From: Christensenellales bacterium
GTDB taxonomy: Bacteria > Bacillota > Clostridia > Christensenellales > MGBC116941
NCBI GenBank assembly: GCA_050945795.1
Contig: JBMNTP010000001.1
Location: forward strand, 166,879 to 230,878
Length of the DNA stretch: 64,000 bases
Direction of reading: 5' to 3'
The notes beneath the pieces were generated by a model, which saw only the letters and a program-made list of their open reading frames with translations, made no database searches and was not told where the DNA came from. Both the position numbers and the translations under genes were made by a program. Below are positions 1 through 9,734 of this stretch, piece after piece (position 1 is the first letter of the stretch; each line of letters begins with the position of its first letter).

Positions 1-545
1 CCAATTATAAGCGTAAAAATATGCAAACCCTGACCTTGGAAAATATCCGGTATAAAGCTTGAGCTTATAGCCTGAAAACCTTCGGATAATGGTCCGAGAG
101 AACCGCTTCCTAGCAGCAGTATAGTAAGCCCGCGGAAAATCAGCATGGATGACAGCGTAACAATAAATGCGGGAATGCCGGCCATGGCTACCCAGTATCC
201 CTGCCATACGCCGACCAGAGCGCCGACAATTAAGCACGCCAATACCGTTACCGGAACGCTGGCCTTAACCTGCACCTGAAGTATAGCCGCGATGGCGCCT
301 ATAAATCCTACGACCGAACCTATCGAAAGGTCAATATTAGCTGTCACAATAACCGGCAGCACGCCAATGGCTAAAATAAGCACATACGCGTTTTGCAGCA
401 TTATGTTTGTGATATTCAAAGGCGTCAGCACCAATCCACCGGTGATAAAATGGAAGAATAACACCAAGAATACCAGCACGATCATCATGCCATACTGGCG
501 AAATCTCTCCACATTGTTGGTTAATATCGATCGTTTCTTTTCCAT
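1..545 (-). CDS. monosaccharide ABC transporter permease (N-terminal part; gene runs off the window start)
   Basis: Reverse-strand ATG at 545-543 is preceded by a GGAGGGG RBS (549-555). The translation MEKKRSILTNNVERFRQYGMMIVLVFLVLFFHFITGG... has several hydrophobic spans, like XylH/MglC/GguB permeases. It lies 13 nt downstream of the ABC ATPase in the same orientation. Confidence 0.8.
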   Translation of the reverse strand, partial: MEKKRSILTNNVERFRQYGMMIVLVFLVLFFHFITGGLVLTPLNITNIMLQNAYVLILAIGVLPVIVTANIDLSIGSVVGFIGAIAAILQVQVKASVPVTVLACLIVGALVGVWQGYWVAMAGIPAFIVTLSSMLIFRGLTILLLGSGSLGPLSEGFQAISSSFIPDIFQGQGLHIFTLII

Positions 546-558
546 TTTCCCCTCCAAA

Positions 559-2076
559 TTATACAAGCAGTTTCATAATGGTTTCTTGGGCCGCTTCCTT
601 TACAGACATCTCGCCGTTAATCCTGCCCTTGTTCATAATGTAGATCCTATCGCATATACCTAGCAATTCGGGCAGTTCCGAAGAAATAACCAGCACACCC
701 TTACCCTGCGCCACCAGCTCATTGATAATGGTATAAATCTCGTATTTAGCTCCAACGTCTATGCCCCGCGTAGGCTCGTCAAGAATCAGCAGTTCCGGCT
801 CTGAGAACATCCACTTGGCCAAAACTACTTTTTGCTGATTTCCGCCGGACAGCGTACGCACTATCTGGTTTATGCTTTGGCAACGAACGCCGAATTCTTT
901 TGTAAGCCTTTCAGCCTCGTTTATCTCTTTATTTTCATCAATTATCGATCGATTAGAAACGCGCTTAAGATTTGTAATCGTAAGATTCTTCTTAACATCC
1001 TGCATGGCTATTAGGCCAAGGCTTTTTCGGTCTTCAGAAACATAAGCTATACCATTTTCTACAGCACTTGCCACTGTATTGACGTTTACCTTTTTCCCAT
1101 GCACAGTCACTTCGCCGGAGATATTTCGCCCATACGACTGCCCAAACAGGCTCATGGCGAATTCGGTCCGGCCCGCGCCCATAAGGCCGGCAATGCCCAC
1201 AACCTCGCCTTTTCTTACGTTCAGGCTCAAGTTGTCAATCATTTTGCGCTCGGTATGCTGCGGATGATAAACCGTCCAGTCTTTCACCTCAAGCAGCATA
1301 TCGCCGATCTTAGGCACCCTCTTTGGAAAGCGGTCGGTAAGTTCCCTGCCAACCATATGCCTTATAATCTCTTCCTCGCTAAATTCCCCGTCTTCCCTAT
1401 GCATATCCGCTACCGTCTTGCCGTCGCGCAAAATAGTAATGGAGTCGGCTATCTGCGTAATTTCATTGAGTTTATGCGATATCATTATGCAGGTAACACC
1501 GTTTCGCTTTAATTTTCGTAACAACTCCAACAAATTCTGGCTGTCGTTTTCATTTAGAGACGCCGTTGGTTCATCCAGTATAAGCACCGATACTTTCTTT
1601 GAAATAGCCTTCGCTATCTCCACCAATTGCTGCTTACCAACCGAAATATTTGTAATAAGCGTGTCCGGATTTTCCTTAAGGTCAACTTCTTTCATCAGCT
1701 CAAGGGATTTTTGCTTGGCCAAGTCCCAATTGATAATGCCATTTTTGGCCGTTTCGTTCCCCAAAAATATATTCTCGGCAATGGACAGCAAAGGAATCAA
1801 TGCTAATTCCTGATGAATTATTACTATTCCGGCTTTTTCGCTTTGATCAATATTTCTAAATTGACAGAGCGTGTCATTAACATACAGCTCGCCCGTATAC
1901 TCCCCATATGGCCAAACGCCGCTAAGAACATTCATTAAGGTTGATTTCCCCGCGCCGTTTTCGCCCACCAGCGCGTGTATCTGTCCCCTTTTAACCTTGA
2001 ATGAAACGTCATCGAGCGCCTTTACTTTGGAAAACTCTTTGGTGATATTTTTCATTTCCAAAATATAATCCGACAT
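559..2076 (-). CDS. monosaccharide ABC transporter ATP-binding protein (duplicated ABC cassette)
   Basis: 505 aa with two cassettes. Walker A motifs are GENGAGKST and GLMGAGRTE; signature motifs are SVGKQQ and LSGGNQQK. The architecture is MglA/XylG/RbsA-like. Confidence 0.9.
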   Translation of the reverse strand: MSDYILEMKNITKEFSKVKALDDVSFKVKRGQIHALVGENGAGKSTLMNVLSGVWPYGEYTGELYVNDTLCQFRNIDQSEKAGIVIIHQELALIPLLSIAENIFLGNETAKNGIINWDLAKQKSLELMKEVDLKENPDTLITNISVGKQQLVEIAKAISKKVSVLILDEPTASLNENDSQNLLELLRKLKRNGVTCIMISHKLNEITQIADSITILRDGKTVADMHREDGEFSEEEIIRHMVGRELTDRFPKRVPKIGDMLLEVKDWTVYHPQHTERKMIDNLSLNVRKGEVVGIAGLMGAGRTEFAMSLFGQSYGRNISGEVTVHGKKVNVNTVASAVENGIAYVSEDRKSLGLIAMQDVKKNLTITNLKRVSNRSIIDENKEINEAERLTKEFGVRCQSINQIVRTLSGGNQQKVVLAKWMFSEPELLILDEPTRGIDVGAKYEIYTIINELVAQGKGVLVISSELPELLGICDRIYIMNKGRINGEMSVKEAAQETIMKLLV

Positions 2077-2166
2077 ACTACACTCCTCTGTTCATGATGT
2101 GCCGGCCGCCCTTTTAACATCAGACGGCCGGAACAACAATGAAATGATATGAAAAGCCTGCGTGCC

Positions 2167-3255
2167 TTACTTTAATTCGTCCTCGGTATAGATGCCGATT
2201 TCGATCAGGTATTCCCAGTTATCCTTATCTATGACTTTAGTTTCATACTGATAGGTAGGAACATCTACTACCGCATTGTTGTATGTCGCCTGATGCTCGA
2301 GCGGCTGCCCGCTTTCTAGCGCAACTATTACATCAACAGCTAAATCTGCGAACAGATTCGGATCTACCAGAATCGTCATAGACATTTTGCCGTCCTTGAT
2401 GTACTCTATGGCCGTCAGTTCACAGTCGGAGCCTGTCATAACAGGATACGGCCGCTGCTCAGATCCATAGCCTATTGAATTAAGGGAAGATACCACTCCA
2501 ACCGACAGGCAGTCGGCGGCTACCAGCACCGCGTCTACCTTATCATCTGAGTAATAAGAAGAGAGAAGGTTATCCATTCTGGCCTGTGCCGTTGTTCCGC
2601 TCCATGCCTGTGTCGCGTTGACGTTAAAGTCGATCTGCCCGCTCTTTACGACCAGCTTGCCGCTGTCGATATAAGGCTTGAGTACCTCCATAGCACCTTC
2701 GTAGAAAGGAATGCTGTTAGGATCATCCGGGCTGCCGGAGAAGATTTCGAGGTTGAAAGGCCCTTTTCCCTCTTTTAAGCCCAAAGACTCTTCAATATAC
2801 GTTGCCTGCACTGTGCCAATGTTCTTCAAGTCGAATGTGATGTAGTAATCGACATCTTTTGTGTTTAGAATCAGTCTATCGCTTGAAATTACCGTAACGC
2901 CCTGCTTTTTCGCTTTCTCTACGCTGTCTGTCAATGTCGAGCCGTCTACCGGTGTAATTATGAGGTAGTCCACGCCCTTCATAAGCATGTTCTCGATCTG
3001 CATGACCTGCCGCTCCGTCGCATCTTCAGCAAACTCAATCATGGTATCAAAGCCGGCTGCCGTCAATCTTTCGATCAGCGCGTCGCCCTGCTTTGGCCAA
3101 ATTGTCTGTTCTTTGGTGGGCATGCAGATTCCCACCGTCTTCTTGTCCCCCGTAGATCCCTGTGGTGCCTTTTGTGACGAGTCTGCCGGTGCCGCGCACG
3201 CTACCGCAACAAACACCAATGCAATCGCCAGAACAATCGCGAGACTTCTCTTCAT
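2167..3255 (-). CDS. sugar ABC transporter substrate-binding lipoprotein (ChvE/XylF-like)
   Basis: 362 aa with a lipoprotein signal (MKRSLAIVLAIALVFVAVAC). It resembles a type I periplasmic binding protein and is the first gene of the binding protein-ATPase-permease operon. Confidence 0.85.
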   Translation of the reverse strand: MKRSLAIVLAIALVFVAVACAAPADSSQKAPQGSTGDKKTVGICMPTKEQTIWPKQGDALIERLTAAGFDTMIEFAEDATERQVMQIENMLMKGVDYLIITPVDGSTLTDSVEKAKKQGVTVISSDRLILNTKDVDYYITFDLKNIGTVQATYIEESLGLKEGKGPFNLEIFSGSPDDPNSIPFYEGAMEVLKPYIDSGKLVVKSGQIDFNVNATQAWSGTTAQARMDNLLSSYYSDDKVDAVLVAADCLSVGVVSSLNSIGYGSEQRPYPVMTGSDCELTAIEYIKDGKMSMTILVDPNLFADLAVDVIVALESGQPLEHQATYNNAVVDVPTYQYETKVIDKDNWEYLIEIGIYTEDELK

Positions 3256-3810
3256 GAAATTTCCTCCTTAATGATTGTTTATATAAAATGGGGGTCGTTT
3301 AAATAGGATAGGGAGTGATGTATAGATTTTGCTAAAGTTGCGTTAATAGAAATTCGATTTGCTGATTTATGACAATAGCATATAGCGTGTAACCAGATTT
3401 GTCAATAATAAATTTTCAGTTGCTTTATTTGCAACTTTTGCATTCTATGTGCGGCTGCTGTGACCTTCTATGGCTGAAAAACCGGCTCTGTCTAGAATCA
3501 CAATAAGCTGCTGAACTTATAAAAGAACTTCATTTATATGAGCGAAATGCTTATCGCTTAGAAATTTATATATGCTGAACTTAGAATCTGAACTTAGCAA
3601 ATGTATAAATACGAAATTTAGATTGTAATAATATTATTTAAAGCAAGCTTAGCCGCTTAACCGCTTTTGTTGCTATATTATTGAGAACCGTACTAAAATC
3701 CCAGTCGAGGTAATAAATGCTTAAGAAAGTCATAAGCCCGATCGCTTTATCTTTTGACCCTTCCGGCGCTAAATGCTATAATTAACAGCAATAAAACGTG
3801 AGGATGTAAT

Positions 3811-4539
3811 ATGAAAAAGTTTTTATGCCTTGCGCTGGCTCTCGTTTTGGCTATGCTTTTCCCCATCGCAGCGACAGCCAAGGCAGACGACGTACAGGAA
3901 AAAACATACGGCTTTGTTTCTGGAGATAAGGGCGATAATGTGCTTTGCCTTCAGTTAAGACTGCGAGAGCTGGGCTTTTATAATTTTAAGGTAACTGGCG
4001 TTTTTGGCAACTACACAAGCGACGCGGTAAAAAAATTCCAACAGGTCAATGGTTTCACCGATGACGGAATTATTTCCTCGGACGGCGTTGCCGCGCTTTA
4101 TTCAAACAGCGCTGTAAGGCTTTCTGTAAGTACGAATAATCCGCCATCTCAAGCGGTGGCTTCGCCAGGAATGCAAATTGATTGGGACAATGTAAAAGGC
4201 CGGCTTTTATCCGGCAGCAAAATAGCAATAATCGATTATTATACAGGAGAGGAGCTTTCTGCCTCTGTAACAGGCGGCGATACTTTCGCGTCGGTAAAGC
4301 TTGATGATCCTTCCTCCGATACCGCTACCGCTCTTTATGGCGGCTCGGACTGGATAAAGCGCCCGGTTGTAGTTGTTATTGATAATCAGCGCGTAGCCGC
4401 TTCTTTTATGGCATATCCGTCACGCCGCGACAACTATACGCATTCAAACCTGTTTTTCGCCGGCAGCACATCACAAATCCGCTCGCTGTCAGACGCCGAG
4501 CACGACGCCAATATATTAATAGCCGCTAACGCTTTATAA
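3811..4539 (+). CDS. secreted protein with peptidoglycan-binding (PG_binding_1-like) domain
   Basis: Signal peptide MKKFLCLALALVLAMLFPIAATAKA. The motif LQLRLRELGFYNFKVTGVFGNYTSDAVKKFQQVNGFTDDGII is typical of the PGRP-like peptidoglycan-binding repeat. The C-terminal domain is unassigned. Confidence 0.6.
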   Translation: MKKFLCLALALVLAMLFPIAATAKADDVQEKTYGFVSGDKGDNVLCLQLRLRELGFYNFKVTGVFGNYTSDAVKKFQQVNGFTDDGIISSDGVAALYSNSAVRLSVSTNNPPSQAVASPGMQIDWDNVKGRLLSGSKIAIIDYYTGEELSASVTGGDTFASVKLDDPSSDTATALYGGSDWIKRPVVVVIDNQRVAASFMAYPSRRDNYTHSNLFFAGSTSQIRSLSDAEHDANILIAANAL

Positions 4540-4540
4540 A

Positions 4541-5275
4541 TCAATCGCTATTTTGATCATGCGTAACCCTGCCGTCGCCGTTTATAGGTATCGATTCACC
4601 GAGATAAACGGGCGGCGGTTTTATTATAGACGCATATAGAAAATCCTTGCCGCGCGCCGCTATTTCTCTAACCGCATCGCTAAGCCAGTTAGCGTACTCC
4701 CTTGGGTCGGAGTTAACGCCATATGCCTCTATGCCTACGGCTCTCGCGTTGTATGTGGCGCGGTAAATATGAAACCGCTGCGTCACCACCACCGCCGACT
4801 CACACATAAACACTTCTTTAGCCCTTTTCATAGTGTCATAAGTGCTAAATCCAGCGTGATCCATGAATATATCCTCATCCGGCACGCCTTTCTCAAGCGC
4901 GTATTTTCGCATGGCATTTACTTCGTCATAGTCTTCCCCGCCATGGTCGCCGGAGAAAAGCAGCTTAGGCGCGACTCCTGCTTTATAAAGTTCTATAGCG
5001 CCAAGCACCCTGTCCTCTAATACATGACTAAGCCTCCCGGAGCTCCATACCTTAGCGCCCGGCACAATTATAGCGTCAACGCGGGGAATATCTGTTGCTA
5101 TATCGCTAGCCCCGCTCGCTCCAGTCTCGAATATGTGCTTTTTCGCCTCCGAAATAACTATAAGGTTAACAGCGCCTAGCGCCAGCACAGCAGCGAATAT
5201 AATAACGCCTGTCCATAGCATAATCAGTTTAAATATACTTTTCGGTTTTTCACTCCCCCGCCTTCTAGCGCGCAT
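4541..5275 (-). CDS. SanA/YdcF (DUF218) family membrane protein
   Basis: N-terminal TM helix followed by DAIIVPGAKVW...RLSHVLEDRVLGAIELYKAGVAPKLLFSGDHG...EVNAMRKYALEKGVPDEDIFMDHAGFSTYDT, a typical SanA/DUF218 core. Confidence 0.8.
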   Translation of the reverse strand: MRARRRGSEKPKSIFKLIMLWTGVIIFAAVLALGAVNLIVISEAKKHIFETGASGASDIATDIPRVDAIIVPGAKVWSSGRLSHVLEDRVLGAIELYKAGVAPKLLFSGDHGGEDYDEVNAMRKYALEKGVPDEDIFMDHAGFSTYDTMKRAKEVFMCESAVVVTQRFHIYRATYNARAVGIEAYGVNSDPREYANWLSDAVREIAARGKDFLYASIIKPPPVYLGESIPINGDGRVTHDQNSD

Positions 5276-5375
5276 ATTGGCCCTCCGCCTTTAATCGCTT
5301 TGCCTTAGTTTTTATGCTTTAAAATAAGTGACGCGCGCCATGCCATGCCACAGCATAATACGGCGCGCCACGCGT

Positions 5376-6341
5376 TTACTTTTTAAGAGAATCATAGTCA
5401 TGCGACTGCTGCTCTTTTCTTTCCTCCATGCGCTTTTTGCGCCTCTTATCCGATGCCTTTACTAAAACAAGCGCGATAGCTATTATGCCGCCTATAAGCA
5501 GTATATACGGTAGCACAGACACTATAAATATAAGCAAGTCACCGAGCATGTCGACAAAATCGCCGTAAGAGCTCAAAACGGTCTGCGTGAATTTGGTGCC
5601 GTAATCGCCTTCGCTGGTTTCAACAGTACTAAGCTTTACTACCTCTTTAAGCTCAAGCTGTACAGTGCTATAATCTACTAGCGCATCAATCTTTTTAAGA
5701 GAGGAAGTATTTGCCTCTATCTGATACAATACGTCGGCTATCTCTTTTTCCAGCTCTATTATATCTGAAAGCTTTGAAGATGTTGTAAGTATGCTTTCAA
5801 GCCTTTCAAGCCTTATCTTTAAAGTGGCTACCCGCGCCTCTGTATCGACATATTCGCTGGTTCTATCCTCTCCGCTTTGATTCTTGTTTATAACAATGAA
5901 GTTCTTTTCAATTGCTTCAAGAAAGCCGCCGTAATTGCCGCTCGGCACTCTGGCTACTATATAAGCGTAACGGGTCTCATCCGCCCTGTTTATAGGCTTT
6001 TTGCCATGCACCTCTGATTTTTCAATATATCCTCCGGCTATCTCTATGGAGTTTTCCAGCTTTTCAATATCTATATCATACTGTTCCGTCTCGATGCTAT
6101 AGCTTGCCCTTCTGATAATTTTCCTTTGGCTTTCCGGTATGCCCGCGACAATACCCGAACTATTTTCCACTTCTCCCGCCGCGTCATCCCATCCGGCCTC
6201 CGGCGCTTCGGCTTCTCCTGTCGCCTGCGGAGCTTGAGGCGCCGCCGAGCCGGTATCATATGCTGGAGCAGCGGAGCAGCCCGACATTATAAGAATAAAA
6301 ACCATCAGCAGCGCAGGCAGAATGAACCATTTCCGTTTCAT
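5376..6341 (-). CDS. DUF4349-like lipoprotein with C-terminal TM anchor
   Basis: I trimmed the start to the ATG at 6341 (MKRKWFILPALLMVFILIMSGC lipobox), which is preceded by GGAGG. There is a low-complexity linker, then IIRRASYSIETEQYDIDIEKLENSIEIAGGYIEKSEV and a coiled coil, then a terminal TM helix. This is the DUF4349 architecture. Confidence 0.65.
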   Translation of the reverse strand: MKRKWFILPALLMVFILIMSGCSAAPAYDTGSAAPQAPQATGEAEAPEAGWDDAAGEVENSSGIVAGIPESQRKIIRRASYSIETEQYDIDIEKLENSIEIAGGYIEKSEVHGKKPINRADETRYAYIVARVPSGNYGGFLEAIEKNFIVINKNQSGEDRTSEYVDTEARVATLKIRLERLESILTTSSKLSDIIELEKEIADVLYQIEANTSSLKKIDALVDYSTVQLELKEVVKLSTVETSEGDYGTKFTQTVLSSYGDFVDMLGDLLIFIVSVLPYILLIGGIIAIALVLVKASDKRRKKRMEERKEQQSHDYDSLKK

Positions 6342-6547
6342 AATATTAACCTCCAATGCATTCTTTTTCCCGTCTTCACATTTGACGCTAACGCCGTTTG
6401 CTTGTTCCATACCGCCGCTTTAGCTATGCGGCTCGGTTTATATTAATTTTACCATACCGCAAACACAAGAAAAAGGTTAGTAATATTAAATATCTATTAA
6501 CACTTAAACTGCCGCATACATATGTGACCTATTGAAACGCATAAAAC

Positions 6548-6581
6548 AAAGGCTGTCGCCCTTAAGCAAGCGACAGCCTTT
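6548..6581 (-). terminator. rho-independent terminator after the 207-aa gene
   Basis: AAAGGCTGTCGC / GCGACAGCCTTT perfect 12-bp stem, followed on the minus strand by TTTGTTTTAT. Confidence 0.7.
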
Positions 6582-6601
6582 GTGTATATGCTATTATTGA
6601 T

Positions 6602-7225
6602 TTATCTTTGCAATGCCTTGGGTTTTCCTAATACTTCCGACATTACTATCGCCCTTATCAGATCGTCATCTGAAAAATTCAGCTTAAGCTTTCTGCCTTT
6701 ATCGGCATTAGATGACTGCGCCGTCGTGGCAACCGTACTCGCCACCGGAGCGGTATGCGCCGTACGCGGCTCTTTATAAGCGCTTATATCCGGCGCAACG
6801 TATTCCGGCTTTATTTCCTCGCTCAGCGCGGCATCTTCAAAAATAGGGTTATTCTCATAAATCCAATCAAAATCACTAGCCTTGGGCTTATCGTGTTTAG
6901 GCGCATTATACTGCCATTCATCTATGCCGCTATAATCATACACTGTACTTTCGCCGCTATATGTATATGCTTGATCGCGTTTAGCGCTTGAATCGCCCGC
7001 CTTATTCTGCCCTTTTGCAGCCTCCTCGGCTGCATAAGTAAACGGAAAAGCTGTATCCTCCATCGCCTCTCGCATCTGCTCAAAAGGGCTTCTTTGACGG
7101 GCCGGCTGTTGCTGGGGAATGCCCTGAGCGGCCTGACGCTCCGCCTTTTTGCGGTTCTCTTCGCTTTTTTTAAAAGCGCGCATTATAAACAGCACGATAG
7201 AGCCTATTATTATAAGAGTTTCCAT
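6602..7225 (-). CDS. hypothetical membrane-anchored protein (downstream partner of floA)
   Basis: 207 aa with an N-terminal TM helix (METLIIIGSIVLFIMRAF), a low-complexity acidic/aromatic body and a C-terminal LIRAIVMSEVLGKPKAL motif. It starts 31 nt after the floA stop. No family recognised. Confidence 0.55.
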   Translation of the reverse strand: METLIIIGSIVLFIMRAFKKSEENRKKAERQAAQGIPQQQPARQRSPFEQMREAMEDTAFPFTYAAEEAAKGQNKAGDSSAKRDQAYTYSGESTVYDYSGIDEWQYNAPKHDKPKASDFDWIYENNPIFEDAALSEEIKPEYVAPDISAYKEPRTAHTAPVASTVATTAQSSNADKGRKLKLNFSDDDLIRAIVMSEVLGKPKALQR

Positions 7226-7255
7226 GCAACCACCCGCCTTTCAGCCGTCCGGACT

Positions 7256-8248
7256 TTATTTGTCCCCTTCTTTTTGCGGGTCATTGCCGCTCATCCTGCT
7301 TATGCCGTCGCGCATCTCGGTATCGGCTATTACGTTTCTCATATTGTAATAATCCATAACTCCAAGTTTGCCTTCTCTAAGCGCTGTCGCCATTGCCCGC
7401 GGCACTTCGGCCTCCGCTTCTACAACGCGAGCGCGCATTTCCTCAACAGAAGCTTTCATTTCCTGTTCATGCGCTACAGCCATCGCTCTTCTTTCTTCTG
7501 CCTTGGCCTGCGCTATACGCCTGTCCGCCTCAGCTTGATCCATCTGCAGCTTAGCGCCTATGTTACGCCCTACGTCAACGTCGGCTATGTCTATTGAGAG
7601 TATTTCAAATGCCGTACCTGCGTCGAGTCCCTTGTTAAGTACTGTACGCGATATAAGATCGGGGTTTTCAAGAACGGCTTTGTGGCTCTCAGACGAGCCT
7701 ATCGTCGATACAATGCCCTCGCCTACGCGCGCTATTATAGTTTCCTCTCCCGCGCCGCCGACCAACCTGCCGATGTTCGCCCTTACAGTAACGCGCGCCC
7801 TAGCCTCAAGCTCTATACCATCTATCGCCACTGCGGATATTTTCGGCGTTTCTATAACCTTCGGGTTAACACTCATCTGCACTGCATGGAGCACCTCACG
7901 GCCGGCTAGGTCTATGGCCGCGGCTTGCTCAAACTCCAAAGGTATATCCGCCCTTTGCGCCGCTATAAGTGCGTCTACCACCCTGTCGACATTTCCTCCC
8001 GCCAGATGATGTGATTCCAGATTGTTTATAGTCAGGGAAAGGCCCGCCTTTGTCGCCTTTATCATGGGATCGATTATCCTTGAAGGTATAACCTTTCTAA
8101 GCCTCATGCCGAACAGCGAAAATATGCCAACCTTCACTCCTGATGCCAAAGCCGATATCCATAACCTGACCGGGAAGTAACTGAAGAACAGAATTAAAAA
8201 TACCAGGATTCCTACCGTTATCAATACCGCTGCAAACACTTGATCCAT
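7256..8248 (-). CDS. floA: flotillin-like protein FloA (YqfA family, SPFH-related)
   Basis: From the ATG at 8248 (RBS AGGAGG): [53 protein letters not shown]...[30 protein letters not shown]. This is a strong FloA signature. The longer ORF in the track adds 17 unsupported residues. Confidence 0.9.
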   Translation of the reverse strand: MDQVFAAVLITVGILVFLILFFSYFPVRLWISALASGVKVGIFSLFGMRLRKVIPSRIIDPMIKATKAGLSLTINNLESHHLAGGNVDRVVDALIAAQRADIPLEFEQAAAIDLAGREVLHAVQMSVNPKVIETPKISAVAIDGIELEARARVTVRANIGRLVGGAGEETIIARVGEGIVSTIGSSESHKAVLENPDLISRTVLNKGLDAGTAFEILSIDIADVDVGRNIGAKLQMDQAEADRRIAQAKAEERRAMAVAHEQEMKASVEEMRARVVEAEAEVPRAMATALREGKLGVMDYYNMRNVIADTEMRDGISRMSGNDPQKEGDK

Positions 8249-8306
8249 TGCGTATACTCCTCCTAAAACCAATTTATTTATACGCGGTAACCCGCACATA
8301 ATGCCT

Positions 8307-8537
8307 TTACTTTGTAAGCGCCGCTATAATATGGTAAATGGCGTACCCCAGCGCAAAAAGACAGGGTATGCCAAGCAGTACTATAAGTATTGTGCCGGTT
8401 GGAGTGCGCTTGCCCATCTGTTGATCCAAAAAACCCCGGTTGGGCTCGAAATCCGCCTTTTCAAGCGGCGTGCCGCACTCTAAACAGTCGTTCTCTATAT
8501 CCTCATAATAAAGCTCGCATTCAGCGCATACCTTCAT
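8307..8537 (-). CDS. small zinc-ribbon plus TM protein
   Basis: [25 protein letters not shown] (CxxC...CxxC) followed by one TM helix. Its ATG is 2 nt after the NfeD stop, so it looks translationally coupled. It sits between nfeD and floA. Confidence 0.55.
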   Translation of the reverse strand: MKVCAECELYYEDIENDCLECGTPLEKADFEPNRGFLDQQMGKRTPTGTILIVLLGIPCLFALGYAIYHIIAALTK

Positions 8538-8539
8538 TC

Positions 8540-9016
8540 TCAATTCACCTTTTTCACAACTACTCTGCGCCCTTCAACCTTCTCAACTATAACCTGACTG
8601 CCGGCTTCTATAAATTCGCCCTCGCTTACAACGTCTATCTTGCGACCGGCTATTTCCGCTACGCCCGCCGGCCTTAGCGCTGTAGTCGTATTGCCCTCCG
8701 AGCCTATAAGCGCAGATAAATCCTCGTTTGACATGTAACCTGCGTCCTTGACAAACCGCTCTTTTAGTATCAGCTTTGATTTAGTCATCCTTCCGGTAGC
8801 CGCCCGCCACATTATAAAGCCGAATGCGGCACCTATCACCACTAAAAGCAGCGCGATAATAAGCACAGCCTCCAAGAGGCTGCCCGATTGCAAAAACACA
8901 CCGACTATAAGCATTATTATACCCAAAGAACCGGCAACTCCAAAGCCGGGAATATTCATTTCTATAATCAGTAGCGCCAGCCCTATAACAAAAAGCAGTA
9001 TAGCCCATATATCCAT
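8540..9016 (-). CDS. NfeD family protein (short form)
   Basis: From the ATG at 9016: three TM helices, then a C-terminal OB-like domain (ALRPAGVAEIAGRKIDVVSEGEFIEAGSQVIVEKVEGRRVVVKK). It is the canonical upstream partner of FloA. Confidence 0.8.
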   Translation of the reverse strand: MDIWAILLFVIGLALLIIEMNIPGFGVAGSLGIIMLIVGVFLQSGSLLEAVLIIALLLVVIGAAFGFIMWRAATGRMTKSKLILKERFVKDAGYMSNEDLSALIGSEGNTTTALRPAGVAEIAGRKIDVVSEGEFIEAGSQVIVEKVEGRRVVVKKVN

Positions 9017-9156
9017 AATGCAGCCCCCTTCCGCCACGCCTAACTGCGCCCCCAGCGCATTTTATTGCTTTTTTAGTATACCATATTCATCAGATATATT
9101 AAACTTTATTCTGCCTTAAAGGCACACATTCCTTTTCAAAATTGACAGATATAGAA

Positions 9157-9184
9157 AATCGCGGAGAGTATTCCCTCCGCGATT
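9157..9184 (-). terminator. terminator of the oxidoreductase operon
   Basis: AATCGCGGAG / CTCCGCGATT stem 13 nt after the gamma-subunit stop, followed on the minus strand by TTTTCTAT. Confidence 0.65.
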
Positions 9185-9196
9185 GATGCTTTTTAT

Positions 9197-9733
9197 TTAG
9201 TTAAAAGCTTCTCCAAGCTCGAGCGCCTTGCGGTTTATCGGCAGCAAATGCTCTTTGCTTTCTCCTAAAACCTCTCTAAGCGACTGCATAACGCTGTCAA
9301 TGCTGACAACGCCTGTTCTCTTTATAAAGGAGCCTAGCATTATCATGTTTGCCCCTCTTGGAAATTCAATTTCCGCCGCCATTTCGTTTATAGGCATGTA
9401 TATTCCGGTTATGTCTTCTCTTTCAAGCTTGCGGCTTGCGAGCGAGCTGTTTACATACGCTATGCCGCCTTTGCAAACGTCTTTCTCAAATTTGTCTAGC
9501 GAAGGGCGGTTTAGCGCCATAAGCTCTGTCGCCGACGTTATAACCGGCGAGCCAATCTGCTCATCCGATATTATCACGTTTACGTTCGCGGTGCCGCCGC
9601 GCATTTCCGGCCCGTAGCTCGGCAGCCAGGATACCTCTTTACCTTCAAGCATACCGGCATAAGCTAAAAGCTGCCCCATAGAAAGTACGCCTTGCCCGCC
9701 AAATCCGGCTATAATAATGCTATGCGTCGCCAT
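9197..9733 (-). CDS. 2-oxoacid:ferredoxin oxidoreductase, gamma subunit
   Basis: From the ATG at 9733: MATHSIIIAGFGGQGVLSMGQLLAYAGM...PSYGPEMRGGTANV, the typical POR/KOR gamma motif. It directly follows the beta subunit. Confidence 0.85.
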   Translation of the reverse strand: MATHSIIIAGFGGQGVLSMGQLLAYAGMLEGKEVSWLPSYGPEMRGGTANVNVIISDEQIGSPVITSATELMALNRPSLDKFEKDVCKGGIAYVNSSLASRKLEREDITGIYMPINEMAAEIEFPRGANMIMLGSFIKRTGVVSIDSVMQSLREVLGESKEHLLPINRKALELGEAFN

Positions 9734-9734
9734 A

